From Anolis carolinensis (lineage: Eukaryota): a stretch of DNA of 64,000 nt. Of this stretch, positions 1 to 11,432 are shown piece after piece (position 1 is the stretch's first letter; every line of letters starts with the position of its first letter). The DNA is taken from assembly GCF_035594765.1 (NCBI RefSeq), contig NW_026943821.1:25371225-25435224 (forward strand), given 5' to 3'. A model generated the notes under the pieces. It was not told the DNA's origin. It saw only the letters and a program-made list of their open reading frames with translations, and did not search any database. A program made the position numbers and the translations under genes.

Positions 1-526
1 AGAGATTAATTAAAAGCCTATTAAACATCAAATTAAGTTATGATTTTACAAATGAAGCACCAAAACATCATGTTCTACAACAAATTTGGCAGAAAAAGTA
101 GTTTAATACGCAGCAATGCTATGTAGTAATTACTGTATTTATGAATTTAGCACCAAAATATCACGATATATTGAAAACATTGACTACAAAAATGCATTGG
201 ATAATCCAGAACGTTGGATAAGCGAGTGTTGGATAAGTGAGTCTCTACTGTATTAGCGACATTTACCGTATATACTTGAATATAAGCCAACCCGAATATA
301 AGCCAAGGCATCTAATTTTACCACCAAAAAAAACTGGGAAATCGTTGACTCAAGTATAAGACGAGGGTGGGAAATTTCAGAAATAAAAACAGATACCAAT
401 AAAATTACATTAATTGAGGCATCCTTAGGTTAAATGCTTTTGAATATGTACATAAAGCTCTAATTTAAGATAAGACTGTCTGATTAAATCATTATTCTCA
501 TCTTCTTCAATGTAAATGTCCTTATA

Positions 527-848
527 CAGTAGAGTCTCACTTATCCAACACTCGCTTATCCAACGTTCTGGATTATCCAACGCATTTTTGTAGTCGATAT
601 TTTCAATACATCGTGATATTTTGGTGTTAATTTGTAAATATAGTAGTTACTACATAGCATTACTAGGTATTGAATGACTTTTTCTGTCAAATTTGTTGTA
701 TAACATGATGTTTTGGTGCTTAATTTGTAAAATCATAACCTAATCTGATGTTTAATAGGCTTTTCCTTAACCCCTCCTTATTATCCAACATATTCGCTTA
801 TCCAACATTCTGCCAGGCCGTTTATGTCGGATAAGTGAGACTCTACTG
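527..848. mobile_element. pogo/Tigger-like MITE (~320 bp), representative copy
   Basis: TIRs CAGTAGAGTCTCACTTATCC, TA TSD. Other copies approx: 1-250, 3563-3885, 4998-5435, 5495-5828, 10162-10434, 13388-13703, 16927-17234, 25512-25828, 29986-30295, 30389-30600, 31438-31760, 42665-42973, 43957-44264, 53596-53918, 61462-61784, 63123-63445. Confidence 0.85.
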
Positions 849-1150
849 TATATCCTTTTAATAATAATAGAGTAAAATAATACTGTATTAGCGACATTTA
901 CCGTATATACTTGAATATAAGCCGACCCGAATATAAGCCGAGGCATCTAATTTTACCACAAAAAAACTGGGAAATCATTGACTCAGGTATAAGCCAAGGG
1001 TGGGAAATTTCAGAAATAAAAATAGATACCAATAAAATTACATTAATTGAGGCATCGGTAGGTTAAATGCTTTTGAATATGTACATAAAGCTCAAATTTA
1101 AGATAAGACTGTCTGATTAAATCATTATTCTCATCTTCTTCAATGTAAAT

Positions 1151-1385
1151 GGGCTCGGGCTGTGGCGCAGGCTGGAAAGCAGCTGCAATCAATCACTGCA
1201 ATGAATCACTCTGACCAGGAGGTCATGAGTTCGAGGCCCGCTCGGAGCCATGTTTGTCTTGTCTTTGTTCTATGTTAAAAGGCATTGAATGTTTGCCTAT
1301 ATGTGTAATGTGATCTGCCCTGAGCCCCTTTGGGGTGAGAAAGAAGGGCGGAATATAAATGCTGTAAATAAATAATAAATAAAGA
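1151..1385 (+). mobile_element. tRNA-derived SINE with L2-type tail
   Basis: A-box tgtggcgcagg, B-box gagttcgagg, tail tgagcccctttggggtgaga..gggcggaatataaat..(aaat)n. Confidence 0.6.
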
Positions 1386-1549
1386 AATTGCTTATATATC
1401 CTTTTAATAATAATAGAGTAAAATAATACATGTAAATGGCTGCTGTATCTGGCTGTGTGGAAGGAGCCTGAGCCCACACTGCCATCTATATTCCAGTTCA
1501 AAGCAGATAAGGTGGGAATTTATTCAGCTGTGTGGAAGGGGCCCTAGAC

Positions 1550-1885
1550 ACACCTGTAAAAGGACTCCTAGGTAAGGGGGCGTGGCTAAGCCTCCAGAGT
1601 GGGCGGAGCCACCTTCCCAGCTTGAGGAGGAACCCTTTCGCCTTCTGGAGAAGATTGTCCTTTGGTGCGACCCGTAGCGCTCACGTGGTTCCACCTGGGC
1701 TCAGGTGAGGGCGGGGCCTGAGACGCCGTTCACCTGGCTGGGCAGGTAATGCTAAGGCGGGGCGGAGGAGGAGGAGGAGGAGGAGGAGGAGGAAGGGGCC
1801 GCAGGGAGCCTTGGGCGGTGGAGAGAAGGGGAGGTGGTCCTGCCTGCCTTCCCTGAAGAGGAGGGTCTCCACACCTGGATTGCAG
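1550..1885 (+). promoter_or_regulatory. KDF1: KDF1 promoter and non-coding exon 1 (TSS not resolvable; donor after 1885)
   Basis: GC-rich island with GC boxes (GGGGCGTGG, GGGCGGAG, GGGCGGGG), multiple CACCTG/CAGGTG E-boxes, and strong donor CAG|GTGAGC at 1885/1886; the next exon (11412) has an acceptor before the ATG, implying a non-coding first exon. Confidence 0.65.
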
Positions 1886-2100
1886 GTGAGCCTGTGGGGC
1901 TGGCTGGCTGGCTGGCTGGGAAGCCCAGGGCCTGGGACTCGGGGGGGGGGGGGTGAGTCACACTCTCTCAGCCTCAGAGCAAGGCCAGCCTGGGTCCCAG
2001 GGAGAGCCAAGGTAATACAATATAGTAATAATAATCTATTATAATGGTATATTTATATTGCTAATAATATTACAATATAGCGCTATAGTACAATCTTCTA

Positions 2101-2639
2101 TCTATATATATATAAAAGAGTGATGGCATCAGGGCAGCGGACAAAACAACAAAACTACAGGCGCCCCAACATCAAAATTTGACAACACAACCCACCATTC
2201 ATGGCTCTAGGTTGATACAGCAAAAAGAGAAGAAAAATAAAGTCCTAATTACAGGGAGAGGAATAATAGTTTTTATCCAATTGCTGCCAGTTAGAAGGCT
2301 AAGCTCCGCCCACTTGGTCTCCTAGCAACCCACTCAGCCCAGGGCACAGGCAGAGTTAGGCCTCACTTAGGCCTCTTCCACAGATTATCTAATTTGCACT
2401 GGATTATATGGCAGTGTAGACTCAAGGCCCTTCCACATCTATATAACCCATTTAGAATCTTATATTATCTGCTTTGAACTGGATTACCTTGACTCCACAC
2501 TGCCATATAACCCACTTCATTGTGCATACTAAACATAAAGACAACCATACAACAGACATTCAATACCACCACTACCTCAACAATTTCTCACCAACACCAC
2601 CAGACAACGCCACAGCAACGCGTGTCTGGGCACAGCTAG
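2101..2639 (+). mobile_element. Non-autonomous Helitron
   Basis: 5' TC(TATATATA..AAAAG), subterminal hairpin-type motif gccacagcaacgcgtg, 3' CTAG followed by T; no TSD. Confidence 0.7.
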
Positions 2640-2650
2640 TATAGTAATAA

Positions 2651-2752
2651 GATTGTTGTATGTCTTTCGGGCTGTGTGGCCATGTTCCAGAAGCATTCTC
2701 TCCTGACGTTTCGCCCACATCTATGGCAGGCATCCTCAGAGGTTGTGAGGTA
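2651..2752 (-). mobile_element. Penelope-like element terminal-repeat fragment
   Basis: gttgtatgtctttcgggctgtgtggccatgttccagaagcattctctcctgacg... family seen about 7 times in the window; carries the hammerhead motif typical of Penelope-like elements. Confidence 0.7.
2698..2750 (-). ncRNA. Minimal type I hammerhead ribozyme motif within a Penelope repeat
   Basis: Minus strand reads CCU-CUGAGGA-U-GCCUGC(CAUAGAU)GUGGGC-GAAA-C-GUC-AGG: full catalytic core, 6-bp stem II, GUC cleavage triplet, ACGU palindromic stem III. Confidence 0.75.
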
Positions 2753-2876
2753 TGGAGGTATGGATACTCAGTAAACATGGCAAAACAGTAAAACAGTAGC
2801 AATAGCGTAGCAAAGCATAGTTTGAGACAAACAGGAATTAAACAAAAGCGAACTGGGCCAAAGTGCAAGGAGTGTA

Positions 2877-2930
<54 letters not shown>

Positions 2931-4098
2931 GTAATATTTAATGCTTATATTGTGCTATACCAGGGGTCCTCAAACTTTTAAAGCCGAGGGCCGGTCCACA
3001 ATCCTTCAGACTATTGAGGGGCCGAATTATCATTTGAAAAAAAAAATACAAACAAATTCCGATGCACACTGCATATGTCTTATTTGTAGTGCAAAAACAA
3101 CAACAAGAAGAAGAACAATGAAAGAACAATACAATATTTAAAAATAAAAACAATTTTAACCAACATACATTTATCAGGATTTCAATGGGAAGTGTGGTCC
3201 TGCTTCTGGCCAATGAGATAGTCAAGTTAATTAGGGTTGTTGTTGTTGTTGTTGTTGTTGTTTTGTGCCTTCAAGTCATTTCTGACTTTGGGCGAGCCTA
3301 AGTCTAAAATGTATTTATTTATTATTTATTTGCTGCATTTATTTACTACATTTGTATCACACCCTTCTCACCCCAAAGGGGACTCAGAGTGGCTTACAAA
3401 TTATATGTACATACAATATATTATATTATTAGCACAACACAATATTAGCATTATATATTACTATATTGAACTATACCACTATACTGTAATATTATTAGTA
3501 GTAATATATGTAATATAGAATATATAATTAATGTTATTATATGGTATTATTATTAGGTTATACAGTAGAGTCTCACTTATCCAACATAAACGGGCCGGCA
3601 GAATGTTGGATAAGTGAATATGTTGGATAATAAGGAGGCATTAAGGAAGAGCCTATTAAACATCAAATTAGGTTATGATTTTACAAATGAAGCACCAAAG
3701 CATCATGTTATTCAACAAATTTGACAGAAAAAGTAGTTCAATACACAGTAATGCTATGTAGTAATTACTGTATTTACGAATTTAGCACCAAAATATCATG
3801 ATGTATTGAAAACATTGACTACAAAAATGTGTTAGATAATCCAGAACGTTGGATAAGCTAGTGTTGGATAAGTGAGACTCTACTGTATCATCGGCAGGTA
3901 AAAATGCAACAGAGTAAAAACACAATGAACATGGCAAAACAGTAGCAATAGCATAGCAAAACATAGTTTCAGACAAACAGGAATTAAACAAAAGCGAACT
4001 GGGCCAAAGTGCAAGGAGTGTATATTATTATTATTATTTTATTATGACACAGCAAACAAGATAGATAAGCTGGATTTCATATCTATCTTGTTTGCTGT

Positions 4099-4153
<55 letters not shown>

Positions 4154-4241
4154 GTGTGGCTGGAGTTACACTTAAAAATGTACCTGTTCCAACTTCCAAC
4201 TTTTTGGGTTAGCAACATCATCCAAGCAGAGGAGGTTAGGG

Positions 4242-4288
<47 letters not shown>

Positions 4289-5434
4289 CTTTATTTATAC
4301 TCCGCCACCATCTCCCCGTGGGGACTCGGGGTGGCTCACAATGTTACAAAAGTAACAGCGCAAATACATTAATAATACACAAAGTTTAAAACACAAGAAG
4401 ATGATAAAACAAGTTAAAACAAAGATTTAAACAACAGTAATAATATCAATAGTAATAATATCAAACAACCACCAATGCAATTCAGTCAACTTCAAAGGTG
4501 GGGGGACTATAGCAGCAATATAAGATAAAATCATTAGATTAAAATATCCCAGTGAAAGGAACCTAATAATAGTATTGTTACTGTATTACTATCTGTTCTG
4601 TATCTTTTAATATAAATATAAATAAACATAATATTGCAAACAAGGTGGGAGGAGGTTCTCTAGGTTTGTTTTGAAGTTCAATGTCTATGGAAGTTGGAAC
4701 AGGTACATTTTTAAGTGTAACTCCAGCCACACATAATAATAATAATAATAATAATCCAGTATATCTATCTTGTTTGCTGTGTCATAATAAAATAATAATA
4801 ATAATAATATACACTCCTCGCACTTTGGCCCAGTTCGCTTTTGCTTAATTCCTGTTTGTCTCAAACTATGTTTTGCTACGCTATTGCTACTATTTTACTC
4901 TTTTGCCATATTTACTGAGTATAATTGTGTTTTACTCTGTTGCATTTTTACCTACCGATGGTATTACTGTAATAATAATAATAATAATACTGTAATACAG
5001 TAGAGTCTCGCTTATCTAACATAAACTGGCTGGCGGAACATTGGATAAGCAAAAATGTTGGATAATAAGAGGGATTAAGGAAAAGCCTACTAAACATCAA
5101 ATTACATTATGATTTTACAAACTAAGCACCAAAACATCATGTTTTACAAGAAATCAACAGAAAAAGCAGTTCAATACATGGTAACATTATGTACTAATTT
5201 CCTTATTTATGACTTTAGCACCAAAACATCACAGTGTATTGAAAACATTGACTACAAATAAAGATAGAATTGCATAAAATGAACTTACAGTAACAACATT
5301 TTCAGAAATTAAATCTGTAAAAAGTTCAGTCCTTGCTGCCTAGAGAAACAGCTATGGATCCGGATGGGAGACAATCTGTGTTGGATAATCCAGAATGGTT
5401 GGATAAGTGAATGTTGGATAAGCGAGACTCTACT

Positions 5435-5489
<55 letters not shown>

Positions 5490-6812
5490 TAATACAGTAG
5501 AGTCTCACTTATCCAAGCTTCACTTATCCAAGGTTCTGTATTATCCAAGGCAGTCTGCCTTTTAGTAGTCATTGTTTTTGTAGTAAATGTTGCCATGTTT
5601 TGGTGCTAAATTCGTAAATACAGTAATTACTACATAGCATTACTGCGTATTGAACTACTTTTTCTGTCAAATTTGTTGTAAAACATGATGTTTTGGTGCT
5701 TAATTTGTAAAATCATATCCTAATTTGATGTTTAATAGGCTTTTCCTTAATCCCTCCTTATTATCCAAGATATTCGCTTATCCAAGCTTCTGCCGGCCGG
5801 TTTAGCTTGGCTAAGTGAGACTCTACTGTAATAATAAATAGAGTAAAATAATAAATGCAATAAAAATAATATCAGAGTGAAATAATAAATGTATTAATAA
5901 TAATAATAAAAATAGAGTAAAATAATAAATGCAATAAAAATAATATCAGAGTGAAATAATAAATGTATTAATAATAATAATAAAAATAGAGTAAAATAAA
6001 TGTAATAGTAGCAAAAATAATAGAGAAAAATGATAAATGTAATAATACCAATAATAATAGACAAAAATAATAAATGTAATAATACCAATAATAATAGACA
6101 AAAATAATAAATGTACCATATATTCTCAAGTATAAGCTGACCCAAATATAAGCCAACCAGGACCCTCACCCGAGTATAAGCCGAGGGGGGCTTTTTTAGT
6201 CTTAAAAAAGAGCTGAAAAACTAGGCTTATACTCGAGTATATACGGTATATGGCTTAAACTCCTCAAGGGATTCCTTGGACAGTCAGTACTGATTATTTT
6301 ATTGACAAAGGCTATCATGTTGGTGTCTTTTCTAAACTATTTGAAGTGGCAGGTTGTTGACTTTGGTGGTTGAGGATTGGATTACATTTAACACCAGAAG
6401 GCATGCATTTTGGGTCATCTGCTACAGGGATTTGTGCATCTATGCTGACGCTGGGCTCGTTCCCGCAAGGAATTTGCCTCTAAATAACAAAGAGCAGGGA
6501 AGGTTTGATCTGATAATTCCAGAACCATTTGCAAATGGGATCAAAGCGTGAGGTCTTCTGTTTGTTCAACACATACTTGTCGGTCTCACCTCCACTTGTC
6601 TTGCATTGCTCAGTGGCCACATCCCTTGACTGTTCTGGCTTTCAAGGACACCCTGACACGAGCTTAACTTCAGCCTCAGCTTGTTCCCCTAGAAAAGCCA
6701 TTAATGCTTACAATGTATTTGTAATTTAACTATAACTATCTGTACACATAACAAAAGTGAAAATCTGTATGTGTGTATGTCACACACTTCGGACCCCACA
6801 AACAGGCTCTAG

Positions 6813-7941
6813 TTCCCAGTGCTGAGGAGCCACTAATTCACTCCTACCCAGGACACTACAGGTTACAGCGAGCACATCCCAGTGTGCCTTTCTCTCTCCA
6901 TTTGCATGACCCCACCCACTGCATCTCCCTTAACCCTTTCCCAGTGCTGAGAAGCCACTAAGTCACTTCCTCCCAGGACATTTCAGGTTACAGCGAGCAC
7001 ATCCCAGTGTGCCTTTCTCTCTCCATTTGCATGACCCCACCCACTGCATCTCCCTTAACCCTTTCCCAGTGCTGAGGAGCCACTAAGTCACTCCCTCCCA
7101 GGACATTGCAGGTTACAGCGAGCACATCCCAGTGTGCCTTTCTCACTCTATTTGCATGATCCCGCCCACTGCCTCTCCCTTAACCCTTTCCCAGTGCTGA
7201 GGAGCCACCAAGTCACTCCCTCCCAGGACATTTCAGGTTACAGCGAGCACATCCCAGTGTGCCTTTCTCTCTCCATTTGCATGACCCCACCCACTGCATC
7301 TCCCTTAACCCTTTCCCAGTGCTGAGAAGCCACCAAGTCACTCCCTCCCAGGACATTGCAGGTTACAGCGAGCACATCCCAGTGTGCCTTTCTCACTCCA
7401 TTTGCATGATCCCGCCCACTGCATCTCCCTTAACCCTTTCCCAGTGCTGAGGAGCCACTAAGTCACTTCCTCCCAGGACATTGCAGGTTACAGCGAGCAC
7501 ATCCCAGTGTGCCTTTCTCACTCTATTTGCATGATCCCGCCCACTGCCTCTCCCTTAACCCTTTCCCAGTGCTGAGGAGCCACCAAGTCACTCCCTCCCA
7601 GGACATTTCAGGTTACAGCGAGCACATCCCAGTGTGCCTTTCTCTCTCCATTTGCATGACCCCACCCACTGCATCTCCCTTAACCCTTTCCCAGTGCTGA
7701 GGAGCCACTAAGTCACTTCCTCCCAGGACATTGCAGGTTACAGCGAGCACATCCCAGTGTGCCTTTCTCACTCTATTTGCATGATCCCGCCCACTGCCTC
7801 TCCCTTAACCCTTTCCCAGTGCTGAGGAGCCACCAAGTCACTCCCTCCCAGGACATTTCAGGTTACAGTGAGCACATCCCAGTGTGCCTTTCTCTCTCCA
7901 TTTGCATGACCCTGCCCACTGCCTCTCCCTTAACCCTTTCC
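6813..7941. repeat. 125-bp tandem repeat, 9 units
   Basis: ttcccagtgctgag recurs at 6813, 6938, 7063 ... 7813. Confidence 0.95.
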
Positions 7942-8496
7942 TACACTTTCCTAACAGAGGAATGGATCAGCAACTGAACATACTAGAAAAGAATTCACCA
8001 TGATTTATAGAGATTGTAGGAACTGGGATGTATAGTTCACCTGCAATCTAAGCGCACTCTGAATCCCGCCAATGATGGACCTGGACCAAACTTGGCATAC
8101 AGACCCAACATGGCCGACTTGTATACAAGCAGGGTTTTGGGGGTGATTGACCTTTACTCTGGAAGTTGTAGTTCACCCTTATCCACAGAGTCTGGGTTGA
8201 TAGGTTAGACTCGAGCTGACGAGGTCTGCATACAGATGGCTGCGGTTGTCCAGTCTGGACTCAGGAAAATAATGTTATTTCTTCTAGTAGGCTTTGTATG
8301 TCAGTTTAGGGCCTCTGACAGACCACTCTGGAATTCCTTCTGCGTGCAGGAACAACCGGTTATTTTATGGTATCCTCTGAATCTTTGTCTTAAGCAAGCT
8401 TTGACGCCTTACTGAATGCTATGCACGGATATTAAGGCCAGCTTCATCATTGGACAAAGTGCGGCATTTACCTCGAGCAGTTGATTTGGGTTTGTT

Positions 8497-8824
8497 ATCG
8501 AAGGCTTCCGTGGCCGGAATCACCGGGTTGCGGTGAGTTTTCTGGGCTGTATGGCCATGCTCCAGAAGCCAATAATAAAGTATATTATTATTGGGTTGTT
8601 GTGTGTTTTTCCAGGCTGTATGGCCATGTTCCGGAAGCATTCTCTCCTGACATTGTGCCCACATCTATGGCAGGCATCCTCGGAGGTTGTGAGGTATCTC
8701 ACAACCTCCGAGGATGCCTGCCATAGATGTGGGTGAAACATCAGGAGAGAATGCTTCTGGAACATAGCCATACAGCCTGGAAAACACACAACAACCCTGT
8801 GATCCCGGCCATGAAAGCCTTCGA
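8497..8824. mobile_element. Penelope repeats in inverted (fold-back) arrangement
   Basis: ...gttgtgaggtatctcacaac... centre of symmetry near 8695; arms are reverse complements. Confidence 0.7.
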
Positions 8825-9042
8825 TAATAATAATAATAATATATTATTATTATTATTATTATTCTAAAATATAGGAAAATGAGTGCATTATAGTGATCAG
8901 GGTTTGGAATAATATTTCCACTTATCCATGAACTTTCTCCGGCTTTTTCCTGGAGGAAAGGAAGGACAAGATACAAAGAAATAATATGAAGGATGGTCTC
9001 TTATGTTCGGGTGAGAAGGGCGGGATATAAATGTGAGAAATA

Positions 9043-9091
<49 letters not shown>

Positions 9092-9446
9092 TATCTTTGT
9101 CTCATTCCTCTCTTGTGTTCTAGATTTTAAGCTCCTAGGAAACAGGGACGTGCCTCTTTGGACCCATGAAACTCTGTTCGGTGCCAGGTAAGCTGGTGAC
9201 TCCCTAAAAATAGCATTTCTGCTCTGCTTCTGAATCAATTTACTGTTAAATCAGTCTTTTTTTTTAAACCTCCGAGTACAGGGTTGTCTGTAATGGATGA
9301 AGCAGCTGTTTAGGGTCTCTCGTAACCCCCAAAGAAGGCAAAACAAAAGGTAAATAATTCAAAATTCAGGGCTTTTGTAAAGAAAAAGGTAAGGGGATGG
9401 AGTGGAGCTCAGTGAAGTCATATGTCAACAATGAGGTTTTCGGACC

Positions 9447-9636
9447 TAACTCAATCTGAGAACGTTGTAACTATGACTCTAGCTATGTTTATTGTAACTG
9501 AGTTGTTTTGCCTTGTTACGGTGTTTGTTTATTATGTCTGTTATAAACAAATAAACAAACATCGTAACAAGGCAAAAAAACTCAGTTAAAATAAACATAG
9601 CTAGAGTCATAGTTACAATGTTCTCCGATTGAGTTA
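9447..9636. repeat. ~190 bp imperfect palindrome
   Basis: taactcaatc..gtaactatgactctagctatgtttat / ataaacatagctagagtcatagttac..gattgagtta. Confidence 0.85.
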
Positions 9637-9656
9637 CGTAGTTTATTATGTCTGTT

Positions 9657-9925
9657 GGAGCCTCCGGTGGTCTAGGGGATAAAAGCCTCGTGACTTGAAG
9701 GTTGGGCTGCTGACCTGAAGGCTGCCAGGTTCGAATCCCACCCGGGGAGAGCGTGGATGAGCTCCCTCTGTCAGCTCCAGCTCCATGCGGGGACATAAGA
9801 GAAACCTCCCACAAGGATGGTAAAAACATCAAAATATTCGGGCAATGTCCCCTGGGCAACGTCCTTGCAGACGGCCAATTCTCTCACTCCAGAAGCAACT
9901 CCGGTTGCGCCTGACACGAAAAAAA
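9657..9925 (+). mobile_element. Anolis-type SINE2
   Basis: ggagcctccggtgg head, ggttcgaatccc B-box, A tail; further copies 15291-15550 (-) and 36455-36701 (-). Confidence 0.7.
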
Positions 9926-10599
9926 GTTGAAGTTAAATTGTTGTACGTTGTTTTCGACAATTGACTGTTTTTCTAGATATGTTGGAAACCGCCCTGAGTC
10001 CTCTCAAGGAGATAGAGAGATATATACTGTATATACTCGAATATAAGCCTAGTTTTTGAGCCCTTTTTTAGGACTTAAAAATACCTCCTCGGCTTATACT
10101 CGGGTGAGGGTCCTGGTGGGCTTATATTCAGATCAGCTTATACTCAAGTATATATGGTATACAGTAGAGTCTCACTTACCCAAGCTAAATGGGCCAGCAG
10201 AACCTTGGATAAGCGAATATCTTGGATAATAAGGAGGGATCAAGGAAAAGCCTATTAAACATCAAATTAGGTTATGATTTTACAAATTAAGCACAAAAAC
10301 ATCATATTAGATGACAAATTTGACAGAAAAAGCAGTTCAATAGGCAGTAATGTTATGTTGTAATTACTGTATTTACGAATTTAGCCCAAAATATTCTGCC
10401 GGCCCGTTTAGCTTGGATAAGTGAGACTCTACTGTATCTCTTATCGCGTTCTAATGTGGAGAAAATGTGTGTCTTAGGGTTGTTGTATGTCTTTCGGGCT
10501 GTGTGTCCATGTTCCAGAAGTATTCTCTCCTGATGTTTCACCCACATCTATGGCAGGCATCCTCAGAGGTTGTGAGGTATGGAAAAACTAAGCAAGGAA

Positions 10600-10995
10600 T
10601 CTATATATATAAAAGGGTAATGACATTTCGGCCTAGGACAAAACAACAAAATTACACATCCCAGAAACACTAAACTTGGCAGCACAACCCCTCATCCATG
10701 CCTCTACGTTCATACAACAAAAAGAAAAGAAAAATAAAGTCCTAATTAGAGGGAGAGGGAGAATTATTTTTATCCAATTGCTGCCAGTTAGAAGGCTAAG
10801 CTCCGCCCACTTGGTCTCCTAGCAACCCACTCAGCCCAGGGGACAGGCAGAGTTAGGCCTCACTTAGGCCTCTTCCACACTGCCTATAAAATACAGATTA
10901 TCTGATTTTAACTGGATTATATGGCAGTGTAGACTCAAGGCCCTTCCACACAACTATATAACCCATTTAGAATGGACTTAATGTCAGGAGAAAAC

Positions 10996-11037
<42 letters not shown>

Positions 11038-11342
11038 ACTTTATTTGTACCCCGCTAGCATCTCCCGAAGGACTCGATGCGGCTTACAAAGGCCAAGGCC
11101 TCAACACACAATATAACAATACAAAACAAAAGGCAAATTAAAAACAATTAAAACAGTATAAACAACAAGCAATAAACAATACGCTAAAACACAATAAAAC
11201 TGGGCCGGGCCAGAGTAATGGGTACAAGATTAAAAGTGCTGATGTGACAGGTGATATATAAGGAACTTTACCCAGTTCCTCAATACTTTATTTCCCATAC
11301 CACCAGACTTCGCCATAGAAACGCGTGGCCGGGCACAGCTAG
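10600..11342 (+). mobile_element. Non-autonomous Helitron inserted into a Penelope fragment
   Basis: A|TC start, CTAG|T end; Penelope sequence resumes on the far side (tttatatatatctgtgg). Confidence 0.7.
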
Positions 11343-11432
11343 TGTTTATATATATCTGTGGGAAGTCCAACACAATGTGTGTCTTCTTTGTGTTTCCCTT
11401 TCTGACGTCAGGAGTTCCAAGGGTGGCAAGTC

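Noticed and set aside
5309-6169. Poly-Tyr/Ile/Leu ORFs
   Set aside because: Translations of (AAT)n microsatellites and AT-rich MITE cores.
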